Of a stretch of 64,000 nucleotides of DNA, positions 20,182 through 29,067 are shown piece by piece (position 1 is the first letter of the stretch; the number at the start of each line of letters is the position of its first letter). Made by a program: the position numbers and the translations under genes. The stretch is from Oscillospiraceae bacterium (GTDB lineage Bacteria; Bacillota; Clostridia; Oscillospirales; Ruminococcaceae). Location of the stretch: positions 16,832 to 80,831 of the forward strand of contig JAFXZM010000004.1 in assembly GCA_017541275.1 (NCBI GenBank). The letters are read 5' to 3'. The notes below the pieces were generated by a model. That model was not told where the DNA came from. It searched no databases and worked only from the letters and a program-made list of their open reading frames with translations.

Positions 20182-20215
20182 GAGCGCCCGTTCACACACC
20201 GGTGAACGGGCGCTC
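20182..20215 (-). terminator. strong hairpin downstream of the aquaporin gene
   Basis: GAGCGCCCGTTCAC-6 nt-GTGAACGGGCGCTC. The U tract on the minus strand is poor. Confidence 0.45.
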
Positions 20216-20286
20216 TGCTTGCAGATAAAGCGGTATCTGCGATGCATTGATCGCAAAGCAATCCCTTTTTCGACAGACTGAGCAGA

Positions 20287-20997
20287 TTACTTGTTTTTCT
20301 CAGGTGCTTCGAGGTATTTGTAGGTGACAGCAGCGAGTGCGGCACCTGCAAACGGCCCGACGATAAAGACCCAGAGCTGCGAGAGCGGCACGGAGTTATC
20401 GCAGATTGCGGCGACAACAGCGGGGCCGAAGCTGCGTGCGGGGTTGACGGACGTACCGGTCAGGCCGATGCCGAGAATGTGAACAAGCACAAGCGTAAAG
20501 CCGATGACAATGCCGCCGAAGGAGCCGTGCTTCGCCTTCTTGGAGGTCACGCCGAGAATGGTCAGCACGAAAATGAACGTCAGCAGGCACTCAACCAGCA
20601 GGCCGGCAGCAGCGCTGTCATGGACGCCGCCGAGTCCGTTTGTACCGAGGCCCTTGCCGCCGCCGGTCATATCGGTGACATCACCGAGCGAGAAAATCGC
20701 CTTGAGCAGACCGGAGCCCGCCAGCGCGCCGAGGCACTGCGAAACCGCATAGCCGAGAAACTCGGAAAACGTCATGCCGCCGGACATCAGTACGCCGAGT
20801 GAAACGGCAGGGTTGATGTGGCAGCCGGAGATATTTCCGACGCAGTAAGCCATGCCGACGATCGTGAGACCGAAGGCGAGTGCCGTGAGCAGATAGCCGG
20901 AGCCGTTTGCCGCATCACAGCCGACCAGCATTGCGGTACCGCAGCCGATCAGAACGAGTGTCATGGTGCCGATAAATTCGGCGATGCATTTTTTCAT
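20287..20997 (-). CDS. MIP-family channel (aquaporin/glycerol facilitator)
   Basis: Internal ATG (MKKCIAEFIGT...). Two NPA boxes (HINPAVSLG, SVNPARSFG). Confidence 0.9.
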   Translation of the reverse strand: MKKCIAEFIGTMTLVLIGCGTAMLVGCDAANGSGYLLTALAFGLTIVGMAYCVGNISGCHINPAVSLGVLMSGGMTFSEFLGYAVSQCLGALAGSGLLKAIFSLGDVTDMTGGGKGLGTNGLGGVHDSAAAGLLVECLLTFIFVLTILGVTSKKAKHGSFGGIVIGFTLVLVHILGIGLTGTSVNPARSFGPAVVAAICDNSVPLSQLWVFIVGPFAGAALAAVTYKYLEAPEKNK

Positions 20998-21237
20998 AGT
21001 CTCATTTCCTTTCTTTGTTGCATACTGCCGGACAGCAGGTTTCTGCGGCCGGAACGCTGTCCGCATGTTTCGGGCGCAGATACGGATTTTTCCGTATATA
21101 TACAGCTACATTATAGCATAACCGGACAAGGTGCGTCAAGCACATTGAATAAATATAAGTGTAAAGATTTTTCGTGCAAATTCGCATTGTTTTTGGCAAT
21201 TGTTTACATATCGGCTGCCGGCATTCTCCGTCTTTGC

Positions 21238-21274
21238 AAATACAAAACGCCAAAGGGACAGTGTCCCTTTGGCG
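21238..21274 (-). terminator. terminator of the SPFH gene, built on the dispersed palindrome (copy 2)
   Basis: CGCCAAAGGGAC-AGT-GTCCCTTTGGCG (12-bp stem), followed on the minus strand by TTTTGTATTT. Confidence 0.6.
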
Positions 21275-21310
21275 GATTTTGGGCAGCGCCCCGTTATGGA
21301 TGACCTCTGT

Positions 21311-22195
21311 TTACTGCACATCGGCAGTCTGCGTATCGGCCGAGCTGCCGAGGTCGAGAAGGAACGGAGTACCTTCGCCGCTGGTGACACGGGGCAGTGC
21401 GCCGTCCCATTCATCGAGCATTTTGTTTTGCAGCACGGTTTCCGTGAGCGAATTATTCAGCATTTCATTCGCATCGGCCTCCGCCTGTGCCTTTGCGCGG
21501 ATTGCCTCCGCTTCGGCATTTGCGGCGATTTTCTTTTTCTTGGCCTCAGCCTCAGCTATGACCAGCGCTTCCTTTTGTTCAGTCTCTGTTTTCAGCAAAT
21601 TCTGTTCCGCGACCTGCTTCTGCTCAATCGCGGCATTGAATTCCGGCGAAAAATCGAAATTCACAATATTGAAGCGCTCAATCTGGATGCCGTAGCCGGT
21701 GACCTTTGCGCTGAGCTGCTCCTTGATCTGCTCACTGACGGCGGAGCGTTCGGTAATGAGCTCCTCGGCGGTATACTTTGCCGTAACGGATTTCACGCTT
21801 TCCTGTACGTTCGGCGTCAGGATGACTGCCTCATAGTCGCCGCCGATCTCGCGGTAAATGTCTGCGGATTTGGCCGACTGCACGCGATAGTTGACCGCGA
21901 TTACGCTGCTGACGGTCTGCATATCGCGGGAAACCGCCGGCGCATCGACCTCATAGACCTGAATCTGGTTGCTGACGTTGACAACCTCCTGAATGAACGG
22001 GATTTTGAAGTGAAAGCCCTCAGAAAGCGTCCGCTCCTCGACCTTGCCGAGCGTGACAATCACGCCCGAATTACCTGCCGGAACCGAGGTCGTGGACGCG
22101 AAGAACAGAACGACCGCGCCGAGCGCCGCCGCAGAGATGCCGACGACCTTGCCGACATGTGATTTCTTTTTGACTGTGTAGACTTCATCTTTCAT
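21311..22195 (-). CDS. SPFH/band-7 (prohibitin-like) membrane protein
   Basis: Internal ATG (MKDEVYTVKKK...). TM anchor, then GVIVTLGKVEERTLSEGFHFKIPFIQEV and a C-terminal Ala/Glu coiled coil. Confidence 0.85.
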   Translation of the reverse strand: MKDEVYTVKKKSHVGKVVGISAAALGAVVLFFASTTSVPAGNSGVIVTLGKVEERTLSEGFHFKIPFIQEVVNVSNQIQVYEVDAPAVSRDMQTVSSVIAVNYRVQSAKSADIYREIGGDYEAVILTPNVQESVKSVTAKYTAEELITERSAVSEQIKEQLSAKVTGYGIQIERFNIVNFDFSPEFNAAIEQKQVAEQNLLKTETEQKEALVIAEAEAKKKKIAANAEAEAIRAKAQAEADANEMLNNSLTETVLQNKMLDEWDGALPRVTSGEGTPFLLDLGSSADTQTADVQ

Positions 22196-22651
22196 AGTAC
22201 ATTTCCTTTGCCATACAGACGGAACATTGATTCGGTCAGGCGTGCGGTTCCGAAACGCACATCCCCTGACAGATATTATCATATCACATTCCGGCGCATT
22301 TGGCAAAGCCGGAGAAAATGCCGTTAAAATCGGGAAATGGTTTTTCGCTGGATTTCCTTTCACATGCTCACGGTTTCTTTGATTTCCGCACTAAGTCAAA
22401 TTTCCGCGCAAATGCAGTCTGCATTATGAAAATCATCGTATCTGCATGCATTCCGATTGCAATATGCCCGTGATGCATCTCCGGTTCTTTTGTTCCGTAT
22501 ATGATATCCGGCACGGTGCATTCGGGTCTCTCCCGCCGGAGGAAGTGCCGGCTCTACTGAGCTTCCGCGCACTCTACCGTTAGTAGAATTGTCGTATTTA
22601 CGATGTTTTTGCGGTAGAATTCCGATTCGCCGGCGCATCACCCGTTTCTAC

Positions 22652-22680
22652 AGACTGTCGGTTGATAAACCGGCGAAAAA
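22652..22680 (+). promoter_or_regulatory. sigma-70-type promoter for the hemolysin III gene
   Basis: TTGATA-17 nt-TATAAT. AGGAGG RBS before the ATG at 22726. Confidence 0.6.
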
Positions 22681-22725
22681 GGGGTATAATGGAGGCAGGA
22701 AATCAGAAAAAAGGAGGCGGCAGCT

Positions 22726-23406
22726 ATGACATCGGCAAAGAGAATCCCGCTGGCGCAGCGCAGTCTGCCCGACTACACCCGCGGCGAGGAGATCATGAAC
22801 ATGGTGACGCATATTGTCGGCGGGGCGGGCGGTCTGCTCATCCTGATCGGGAGCGTACTGATCGGCGCGGCACATCATGACGCATGGGCAGTGGTCAGCG
22901 GATGCATATACGGCTTCATGACCTGCTGTCTGTTTGTCATTTCGAGCGTTTATCACGGCCTGCCTGACGGAATGGGCAAGCGCGTCATGCAGGTCATCGA
23001 CCACTGCACGATCTATTTTATGATTGCCGGAACCTACACGCCGGTATTGCTGACAGGCATCCGGCGCACATCGGTGCCGCTGGCCTGGGTAATCTTCGGG
23101 ATTGAATGGGCGAGCGCACTGACCGCCGCCGCGCTGACCGCGATCGACCTGAAAAAATACAAGACCATGAGCATGATCTGCTATCTTGCAATGGGCTGGG
23201 CAATCGTTGTAATCCTGCGCCCGACGCTCCGTGTCATGGGCACCTCGGGATTCCTGTGGCTGCTGAGCGGCGGCCTGTGCTATACCATCGGCGCCGTGCT
23301 GTACGGTCTGGGCAAGCGGCACCGCTACATGCACAGCATTTTCCACCTGTTTGTGAACGCCGGCAGCATTTTGCAGGCAATCGCAATCCTGCTCTATGTG
23401 CTCTGA
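22726..23406 (+). CDS. hemolysin III family (PAQR) membrane protein
   Basis: Seven TM segments. EEIMNMVTHIVG, SSVYH and IFHLFV motifs typical of HlyIII/YplQ. Confidence 0.9.
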   Translation: MTSAKRIPLAQRSLPDYTRGEEIMNMVTHIVGGAGGLLILIGSVLIGAAHHDAWAVVSGCIYGFMTCCLFVISSVYHGLPDGMGKRVMQVIDHCTIYFMIAGTYTPVLLTGIRRTSVPLAWVIFGIEWASALTAAALTAIDLKKYKTMSMICYLAMGWAIVVILRPTLRVMGTSGFLWLLSGGLCYTIGAVLYGLGKRHRYMHSIFHLFVNAGSILQAIAILLYVL

Positions 23407-23415
23407 GACAGCAGC

Positions 23416-23472
23416 ACACCGCGGGGCTCCATGGATACAGTCATTCCAATGGAACCCCGCGGTGTTTTTTTG
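23416..23472 (+). terminator. rho-independent terminator after hlyIII
   Basis: ACACCGCGGGGCTCCAT...ATGGAACCCCGCGGTGT followed by TTTTTTT. Confidence 0.8.
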
Positions 23473-23475
23473 CGT

Positions 23476-24441
23476 TCATGTTGATTTCTGCACATCCGAA
23501 AAACCGAAATCCGCGCAGAAATCCGGCACATAACGGAATTCGCGGCCGCGGAGAGCATCCAGCGGGCAAGGCTCAGCGGAAAAATCAAACCGAAGCCTGC
23601 ACGCCGCAAGGAGCTGATGCGGTGCGCCGAATCTTTTATTTGCTGCCGGGCTGCCGTATTTCGCATCGCCGAGCACCGGACAGCCCAGCGCCGCCGTTTG
23701 CGCACGAATCTGATGTGTGCGGCCGGTATAAAGCGTAACGAGCAGGAGTGCAAGCCCGTCATGCGCCGCAAGCACCTCATAGCCCGTGCGGATTTCCGAG
23801 AAGCCCTCTGCGGCCTGCCTTCTGATCTCCGCCTTTTGTCCGGGCAGCCTGCGGTGATACGCAATCACTGTATCTGCGTGCTTTTCCGGCACACCGGCGG
23901 TAATGCAGAGATACTGCTTTGTAATCTCGCCGCTGCGAATCTTCCCGTTCATGCAGCGCAGCGCGGCAGCGTTCTTCGCGCCGATGACAAAGCCCTCGGT
24001 ATTACGGTCGAGGCGGTTGCAGAGCGCGGGTGTGAAGCTCTGCTCCTTCGCCGGCAGATAGCAGCCGCTCTGTGTCAGATACGCAAGGAAGCGCCCGTGC
24101 AGAGTATCCGCGCTGCCCTTGTCATCGGCGTGGACAGGCAGATTGACGGGCTTTTTCAGCAGTACGATATTCTCATCCTCATAGGCGATCTCCGGCATCG
24201 GAAGCTGCTGCACCGCCGCAGGCTTCTGCTGCACACCGAAGCAGTCATCCGGCAGATACACCTGCAAAATATCGCCCTCACGGAGAAAGGTCTCCGCGGG
24301 AATGCGTTTGCCGCTGCATTTGATATCCCGCTTGCGGAAGGTCTTGTAGAGCAGCGACTTCGGCAGATTCGGGCAGGCCTTCAGCAAAAATTTATCCGCC
24401 CGCTGCCCCGCATCGTTGCGCCCGATCACAAATGTCCTCAT
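23476..24441 (-). CDS. RluA-family pseudouridine synthase with S4 domain
   Basis: ATG (MRTFVIGRND...) preceded by AGGAGG. Catalytic motif NRLDRNTEGFVI and later GRTHQIR. Confidence 0.85.
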   Translation of the reverse strand: MRTFVIGRNDAGQRADKFLLKACPNLPKSLLYKTFRKRDIKCSGKRIPAETFLREGDILQVYLPDDCFGVQQKPAAVQQLPMPEIAYEDENIVLLKKPVNLPVHADDKGSADTLHGRFLAYLTQSGCYLPAKEQSFTPALCNRLDRNTEGFVIGAKNAAALRCMNGKIRSGEITKQYLCITAGVPEKHADTVIAYHRRLPGQKAEIRRQAAEGFSEIRTGYEVLAAHDGLALLLVTLYTGRTHQIRAQTAALGCPVLGDAKYGSPAANKRFGAPHQLLAACRLRFDFSAEPCPLDALRGREFRYVPDFCADFGFSDVQKST

Positions 24442-24571
24442 AGGGTTCCTCCTGATATCATATCGCAATGACCGAAAACAGAGCTCCGCTCCAAACCGCG
24501 CCAAAGGGCCATGTTCCCGGCGGGGTTCGGGGCGGAGCCCATTCATAATAATCGTTCAGCGATTTCTGTTC

Positions 24572-25867
24572 TCAGATATCGTTCCGGCAAATATCCTCAT
24601 AGGACTCGCGGCGCACAACGGTACGGGCGGCGCCGTCCTTCACCATAACCATTTCCGCACGCGGATTGCGGTTATAGTTCGAGGCCATGGAGTAGTTATA
24701 CACACCGGTCGCGAGCACGGCAAGGATATCGCCGGGCTCAGCGGGCTGAAGCGGCATGTCCTCGCCGATGAGGTCGCCGCTCTCGCAGCACTTTCCGCCG
24801 ACCGTCACGCGCTCGCTGCGTTCATCGCCGGCCTTGTTCGCGAGCACTGCCTCATAGCGCGAATGATAGAGCGCATAGCGGGGGTTATCGCACATGCCGC
24901 CGTCAACCAGCACATAGGTGCGGATATCCGGAATAATTTTCTTCGCCATGACCGTGTAAAGCGTCAGACCTGCGCCGCCGACGATTGAGCGGCCCGGCTC
25001 AAACAGCACAAACGGCTGCGGGAAGTCCAGCTCGGAGCAGGCGGCCTTCAGCGCCGCGAGAATGGCGCGGACAATGCTGCCGAATGCAGGCGGGTCGTCA
25101 TCCTCGGTATACTTGATGCCGGGGCCGCCGCCGAGGTTCAGCTCCGGCAGCGTGAGGCCGAGCGCTGCACGGATCTGCGCCATGAAGCGCACCATAACCC
25201 TTGCCGCCTCTGCGAACGGCTCCGTATCGAAGATCTGCGAACCGATGTGGCAGTGGATGCCGACGAGCTTCAGATTCGGGTATGCAGAGGCCGCGCGGAC
25301 AGCATCGAGCGCCTCACCGGTTTCAAGCGCGAAGCCAAACTTGCTGTCGATGCAGCCGGTCTTGACGAAATCATGCGTATGTGCGTCGATTCCGGGCTTG
25401 ATGCGCAGCATGATCGCAGGTGTTTTTCCGAGTGCGCCGGCAATGCGGTTAAGGCGTTCGAGCTCCGGCAGATTATCGCAGACAATGCGGCCGACGCCGG
25501 TTTCGAGAGCCATTTTCAGCTCCTCATCGGACTTGCTGTTGCCGTGCATAACGATTTTTGCCGCGGGCATCCCTGCCTGCAAGGCCGTGTAAAGCTCGCC
25601 GCCGGAGATGACATCCGCGCCGAGCTGCTCGGAATCGACAATGCGGTACAGCTCCTTGCAGGAGAGCGCCTTGCTCGCAAAGCAGATCAGACCGTTTCCG
25701 CCGTATTCCTCGGCGATCACACGCTGATAGCCGCGGCAGTTTTCGCGGATCATAGTTTCATCCATAACATAGAGCGGAGTTCCGTGCGCCTTGGCCAGCG
25801 CAGCGGTATCCGCGCCGCCGATACAGAGGTGTCCCTCCGCATTGACGGTCAGATTCGGGGTCAGCAT
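24572..25867 (-). CDS. lysA: diaminopimelate decarboxylase
   Basis: Internal ATG (MLTPNLTVNAEGHL...). Orn/DAP/Arg decarboxylase motifs (FASKAL, EPGR, CESGD). Confidence 0.9.
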   Translation of the reverse strand: MLTPNLTVNAEGHLCIGGADTAALAKAHGTPLYVMDETMIRENCRGYQRVIAEEYGGNGLICFASKALSCKELYRIVDSEQLGADVISGGELYTALQAGMPAAKIVMHGNSKSDEELKMALETGVGRIVCDNLPELERLNRIAGALGKTPAIMLRIKPGIDAHTHDFVKTGCIDSKFGFALETGEALDAVRAASAYPNLKLVGIHCHIGSQIFDTEPFAEAARVMVRFMAQIRAALGLTLPELNLGGGPGIKYTEDDDPPAFGSIVRAILAALKAACSELDFPQPFVLFEPGRSIVGGAGLTLYTVMAKKIIPDIRTYVLVDGGMCDNPRYALYHSRYEAVLANKAGDERSERVTVGGKCCESGDLIGEDMPLQPAEPGDILAVLATGVYNYSMASNYNRNPRAEMVMVKDGAARTVVRRESYEDICRNDI

Positions 25868-25907
25868 ATGCAACCATCCTTTCTGCTGCGGGAATTCTCC
25901 CGTAAAA

Positions 25908-26261
25908 TCACCATTTTTCGTTATCACCCTTGATATGCTCCATGGAGAGATCGCCGGCGGCCATCGCCTTTTCACGGACGAATTTCAGCATCGCGTTCAG
26001 GTTGATGAGTCCCAGCTCCTGCATCATGCTGTCCAGAATCGAATCACCCTGCTCCATTTGCAGCTTCTTGATGAGCTCGACCTTGGTGAGCCAGAGGTGC
26101 AGTTTTTTCTGGTTGGAAATGATTTCGGGCGCGGTGTCTGCGTCCGAATAATAGGCGGTCAGAGCAAGCAGGTCATTCAGGATAAAGGTTCTGTCGAGAC
26201 CGAAATCGTTGAAGAAAATGTGTCTGAGCGCACAGCAGAGTGCGTATTTGTTTCGTGCCAT
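25908..26261 (-). CDS. hypothetical protein
   Basis: 117-aa ORF from the internal ATG (MARNKYALCC...). Same strand as, and directly upstream of, lysA. No motif recognised. Confidence 0.4.
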   Translation of the reverse strand: MARNKYALCCALRHIFFNDFGLDRTFILNDLLALTAYYSDADTAPEIISNQKKLHLWLTKVELIKKLQMEQGDSILDSMMQELGLINLNAMLKFVREKAMAAGDLSMEHIKGDNEKW

Positions 26262-26295
26262 GATTCCTGTTCCTTTCTGTGATAAGATGACGGGT

Positions 26296-27429
26296 TTACC
26301 GTTCGGCATTCTGCCAGTACTGATAAAGCTGACACTGCATCATGCCGTTATAGAGCTTGCGGCGTTTCCGAGCTTTTCTGCCGAAGCGCGCCTCAAATTC
26401 GCTGTCGGGCGAGATGATGCTGCACGGGCATTCCTTCGGAAATACCTTTCCCATAATCTGATAGAGCTCCCGCGCCTGCTCGACATCGAGCATCCGCTCG
26501 CCGTAGGGCGGGTTGCAGACGATATTCTGCCCGGGCTCCCAGCAGAACTGCCGGATATCCTGCTGCTTTACGGTAATGCGGTCGGCCACGCCTGCCTTTT
26601 TTGCATTGGCAAGGGTCAGCGCGACGGCCTCGGGGTCGCTGTCATAGCCCACGGCGCGGAATGCCGCATCGCGGTTAATCTTTTCGGATGCTGCGGCTCT
26701 TGCCTGCCGGAACACAGCGGAATCGACCTGCTCCCAGTGCTCACAGGCGAAGCTGCGGTGCAGTCCGGGTGCGATGCGCATGGCGCGCCTTGCACCCTCA
26801 ATGAGAAACGTGCCGCTGCCGCAGAACGGGTCACAGAGCACTGTGTCGCTGCGGACATGCGAGAGATCGAGGATGCCGGCAGCGAGTGTTTCGCGGATCG
26901 GTGCGGCATTTGCATGCTGCCGCCAGCCGCGCTTATAAAGCGGAATGCCGGTCGTATCGAGATAAACGGTGCAGTGATCGTTCCGGATCTGAAACTGTAT
27001 CACATGATTTGCGCCGGTTTCGGGGAGCGTCTGCGTATGATACGCATTCTGAAGCCGCTTTACAGCCGCTTTCTTGACGATTGCCTGACAGGCGGGGACG
27101 CTGTGCAGCGCAGAATTCAGCGAGCTGCCCTTGACCGGAAACGCATCGTCCCTTCCGATGAATTCTTCGAGCGGGAGCTGCATGACGCCGTCAAAGAGCG
27201 GGTCAAAGGCCGTTTTCCCGCGCTGCGCGGCAACGGAAAACTGTCCGAGCTCGATCAGGACGCGCTCGGCAGCCGTCAGCTCAATATTCGCAGCGGCAAC
27301 CGCATCCCAGCCGCCGCTGAAGGAAACTCTGCCGTCCGCCGCGGAGATCCCGGCAGCACTGAGCCGCACCAGCTCAAATTTCAAAACACTTTCGAGCCCG
27401 AAATGACACGGGCAGACGATCCGAAACAT
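26296..27429 (-). CDS. THUMP-domain class I SAM-dependent RNA methyltransferase (RlmL/YpsC-like)
   Basis: ATG (MFRIVCPCHFGLE...) preceded by GAGGAG. DPFCGSGT (motif I) and NPPYGERM (motif IV). Confidence 0.8.
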   Translation of the reverse strand: MFRIVCPCHFGLESVLKFELVRLSAAGISAADGRVSFSGGWDAVAAANIELTAAERVLIELGQFSVAAQRGKTAFDPLFDGVMQLPLEEFIGRDDAFPVKGSSLNSALHSVPACQAIVKKAAVKRLQNAYHTQTLPETGANHVIQFQIRNDHCTVYLDTTGIPLYKRGWRQHANAAPIRETLAAGILDLSHVRSDTVLCDPFCGSGTFLIEGARRAMRIAPGLHRSFACEHWEQVDSAVFRQARAAASEKINRDAAFRAVGYDSDPEAVALTLANAKKAGVADRITVKQQDIRQFCWEPGQNIVCNPPYGERMLDVEQARELYQIMGKVFPKECPCSIISPDSEFEARFGRKARKRRKLYNGMMQCQLYQYWQNAER

Positions 27430-27456
27430 AAAACACTCCTCTGTGTGAAACAAATT

Positions 27457-29067
27457 TCACCCGATCAGGCCCTTGATGCCTTCTTTTGCGAATTTATCGC
27501 GGTAATATTCCAGCTCGCGGGAGATCATCGCGTCGATCGTCTGCATACCGAGCAGCTCGACGGGCGCCCTGTCATCAGTCAGGATGCGGCTGCCGGCAGT
27601 ATACGGCACAAGCCGTCCCAGCACCTTTTCCAGCATTGCCGCAAGCTCAGGATTCTCCTCATTTGCAGTATTGCGCCGGAGGTTTTCCGCAATCTCCGGA
27701 TTATCCGAAGCAAAGAGCTCGCGGTTTGTCGCACCCTGCACATCGGCGGTATAAACATACCCGAACACAGAGGCGATCGTGTCCTGCAAATAGGCATTGA
27801 TGCCGTTTTCGTCCTGCGAAATCATGTTCATATTGACGATCATGACGCCGTTTTCCTTCAGATGCCTGCGCACCGTCGTAAAAAATTCCTTTGAGGACAT
27901 CTGAAAGGGAATGGTAATATCCTGATAGGCGTCTACCATAATGACATCATACTGTTTATCGGTGCCGCTGAGGAATGCGCGGCCGTCGTAGGTCGTGACG
28001 GGGATATCGTCAGGCAGCGCGAAATAATCCCGTGCAAGACCGGTGATTTTTTCGTCAATCTCGACGCCTTCAATATGCATATCGCTGAAATACCGTCTGC
28101 ACTGTGCCGCATAGGTTCCCGTTCCCATGCCGAGCACGAGCAGATCAAGCTGCTCCTGCTGCGCCAGCATCATCGGCGCCGCAAGCGCATAGTCGTAGTA
28201 CATGCCGGTCAGGGCATCGTCCTTGATATACACGGACTGCACGCCGAACAGCACATTTGTTGAGAGGATGACCCGAGAGTCATCCTCCTGAACCTGCAAA
28301 TAGTTGTAGACGGATTCATCCTCCAGCGTCAGGTGCTTCTCCCAGAAGGCGAAGCCGATGCTCATTGCAGAGACCGAGCAGACCGCAAACAGGATGACAG
28401 AAACGGTCACTTTTACGGCGCCGCGCCGCACCGAGATAAAATATACCGCGCTCAGCAGCAGCAGAATGCCGGAAAAGATCACGAAGGTCGCGGCCGTACC
28501 GACAGCCGGGATTGAAACAAAGGTCGGGATAAAGGTGCCGATGATGCTGCCGATCGTATTTGCGGCACCGAGCGTGCCGACGGTCTTGCCGCTGTCATCG
28601 AGGCTGCTGACGGAAAACTTCACCAGTGAGGGCGTGACCGTGCCGAGCAGGAACAGCGGATAGACAAAGACGATCATGCAGGAGAGAAACGCCGCCCAGA
28701 TCAGAAAATTCGTGTTGACGGTCATGACCAGCAGCGCGGAGATGCCGACGATTACCATTTTCCCGACAAACGGAATCGCCGCGATCCAGACAGCCGCGAC
28801 CAGCATTCTGCCGTAGAGCTTATCGGGATTGGGATTCCGGTCGGCGGAGCGTCCGCCCCAGACATTGCCCAGCGCCATCGCGATCATAATGGTGCCGATG
28901 ATAATGGTCCAGACGATCTGGGAGGAGCTGAAATAGGGAGCGAGGAGTCTGCTCGCACCGAGCTCGACTGCCATGACGGACATGCCGGCGAAGAACTCGG
29001 TGAGATACAGATACCATTTTTTTGTAAGGATGCGCTGCTGCGCCGCGGCCGCTTTACTCATCGTCAA
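27457..29067 (-). CDS. fused membrane domain/spermidine-synthase-like protein
   Basis: About 230 aa of TM helices, then a spermidine-synthase fold (LVLGMGTGT, VEIDEKI, DVIMVDAYQD). Overlaps the PBP1A stop by 14 nt. Confidence 0.75.
   Translation of the reverse strand: MTMSKAAAAQQRILTKKWYLYLTEFFAGMSVMAVELGASRLLAPYFSSSQIVWTIIIGTIMIAMALGNVWGGRSADRNPNPDKLYGRMLVAAVWIAAIPFVGKMVIVGISALLVMTVNTNFLIWAAFLSCMIVFVYPLFLLGTVTPSLVKFSVSSLDDSGKTVGTLGAANTIGSIIGTFIPTFVSIPAVGTAATFVIFSGILLLLSAVYFISVRRGAVKVTVSVILFAVCSVSAMSIGFAFWEKHLTLEDESVYNYLQVQEDDSRVILSTNVLFGVQSVYIKDDALTGMYYDYALAAPMMLAQQEQLDLLVLGMGTGTYAAQCRRYFSDMHIEGVEIDEKITGLARDYFALPDDIPVTTYDGRAFLSGTDKQYDVIMVDAYQDITIPFQMSSKEFFTTVRRHLKENGVMIVNMNMISQDENGINAYLQDTIASVFGYVYTADVQGATNRELFASDNPEIAENLRRNTANEENPELAAMLEKVLGRLVPYTAGSRILTDDRAPVELLGMQTIDAMISRELEYYRDKFAKEGIKGLIG

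Noticed and set aside
22560-22625. Purine-riboswitch-like strings (UUCUACC, CGUAAAU) on the minus strand
   Set aside because: The P2/L2 arm and the three-way junction of the purine class are missing, and the downstream gene is an SPFH protein. I treat this as chance similarity.
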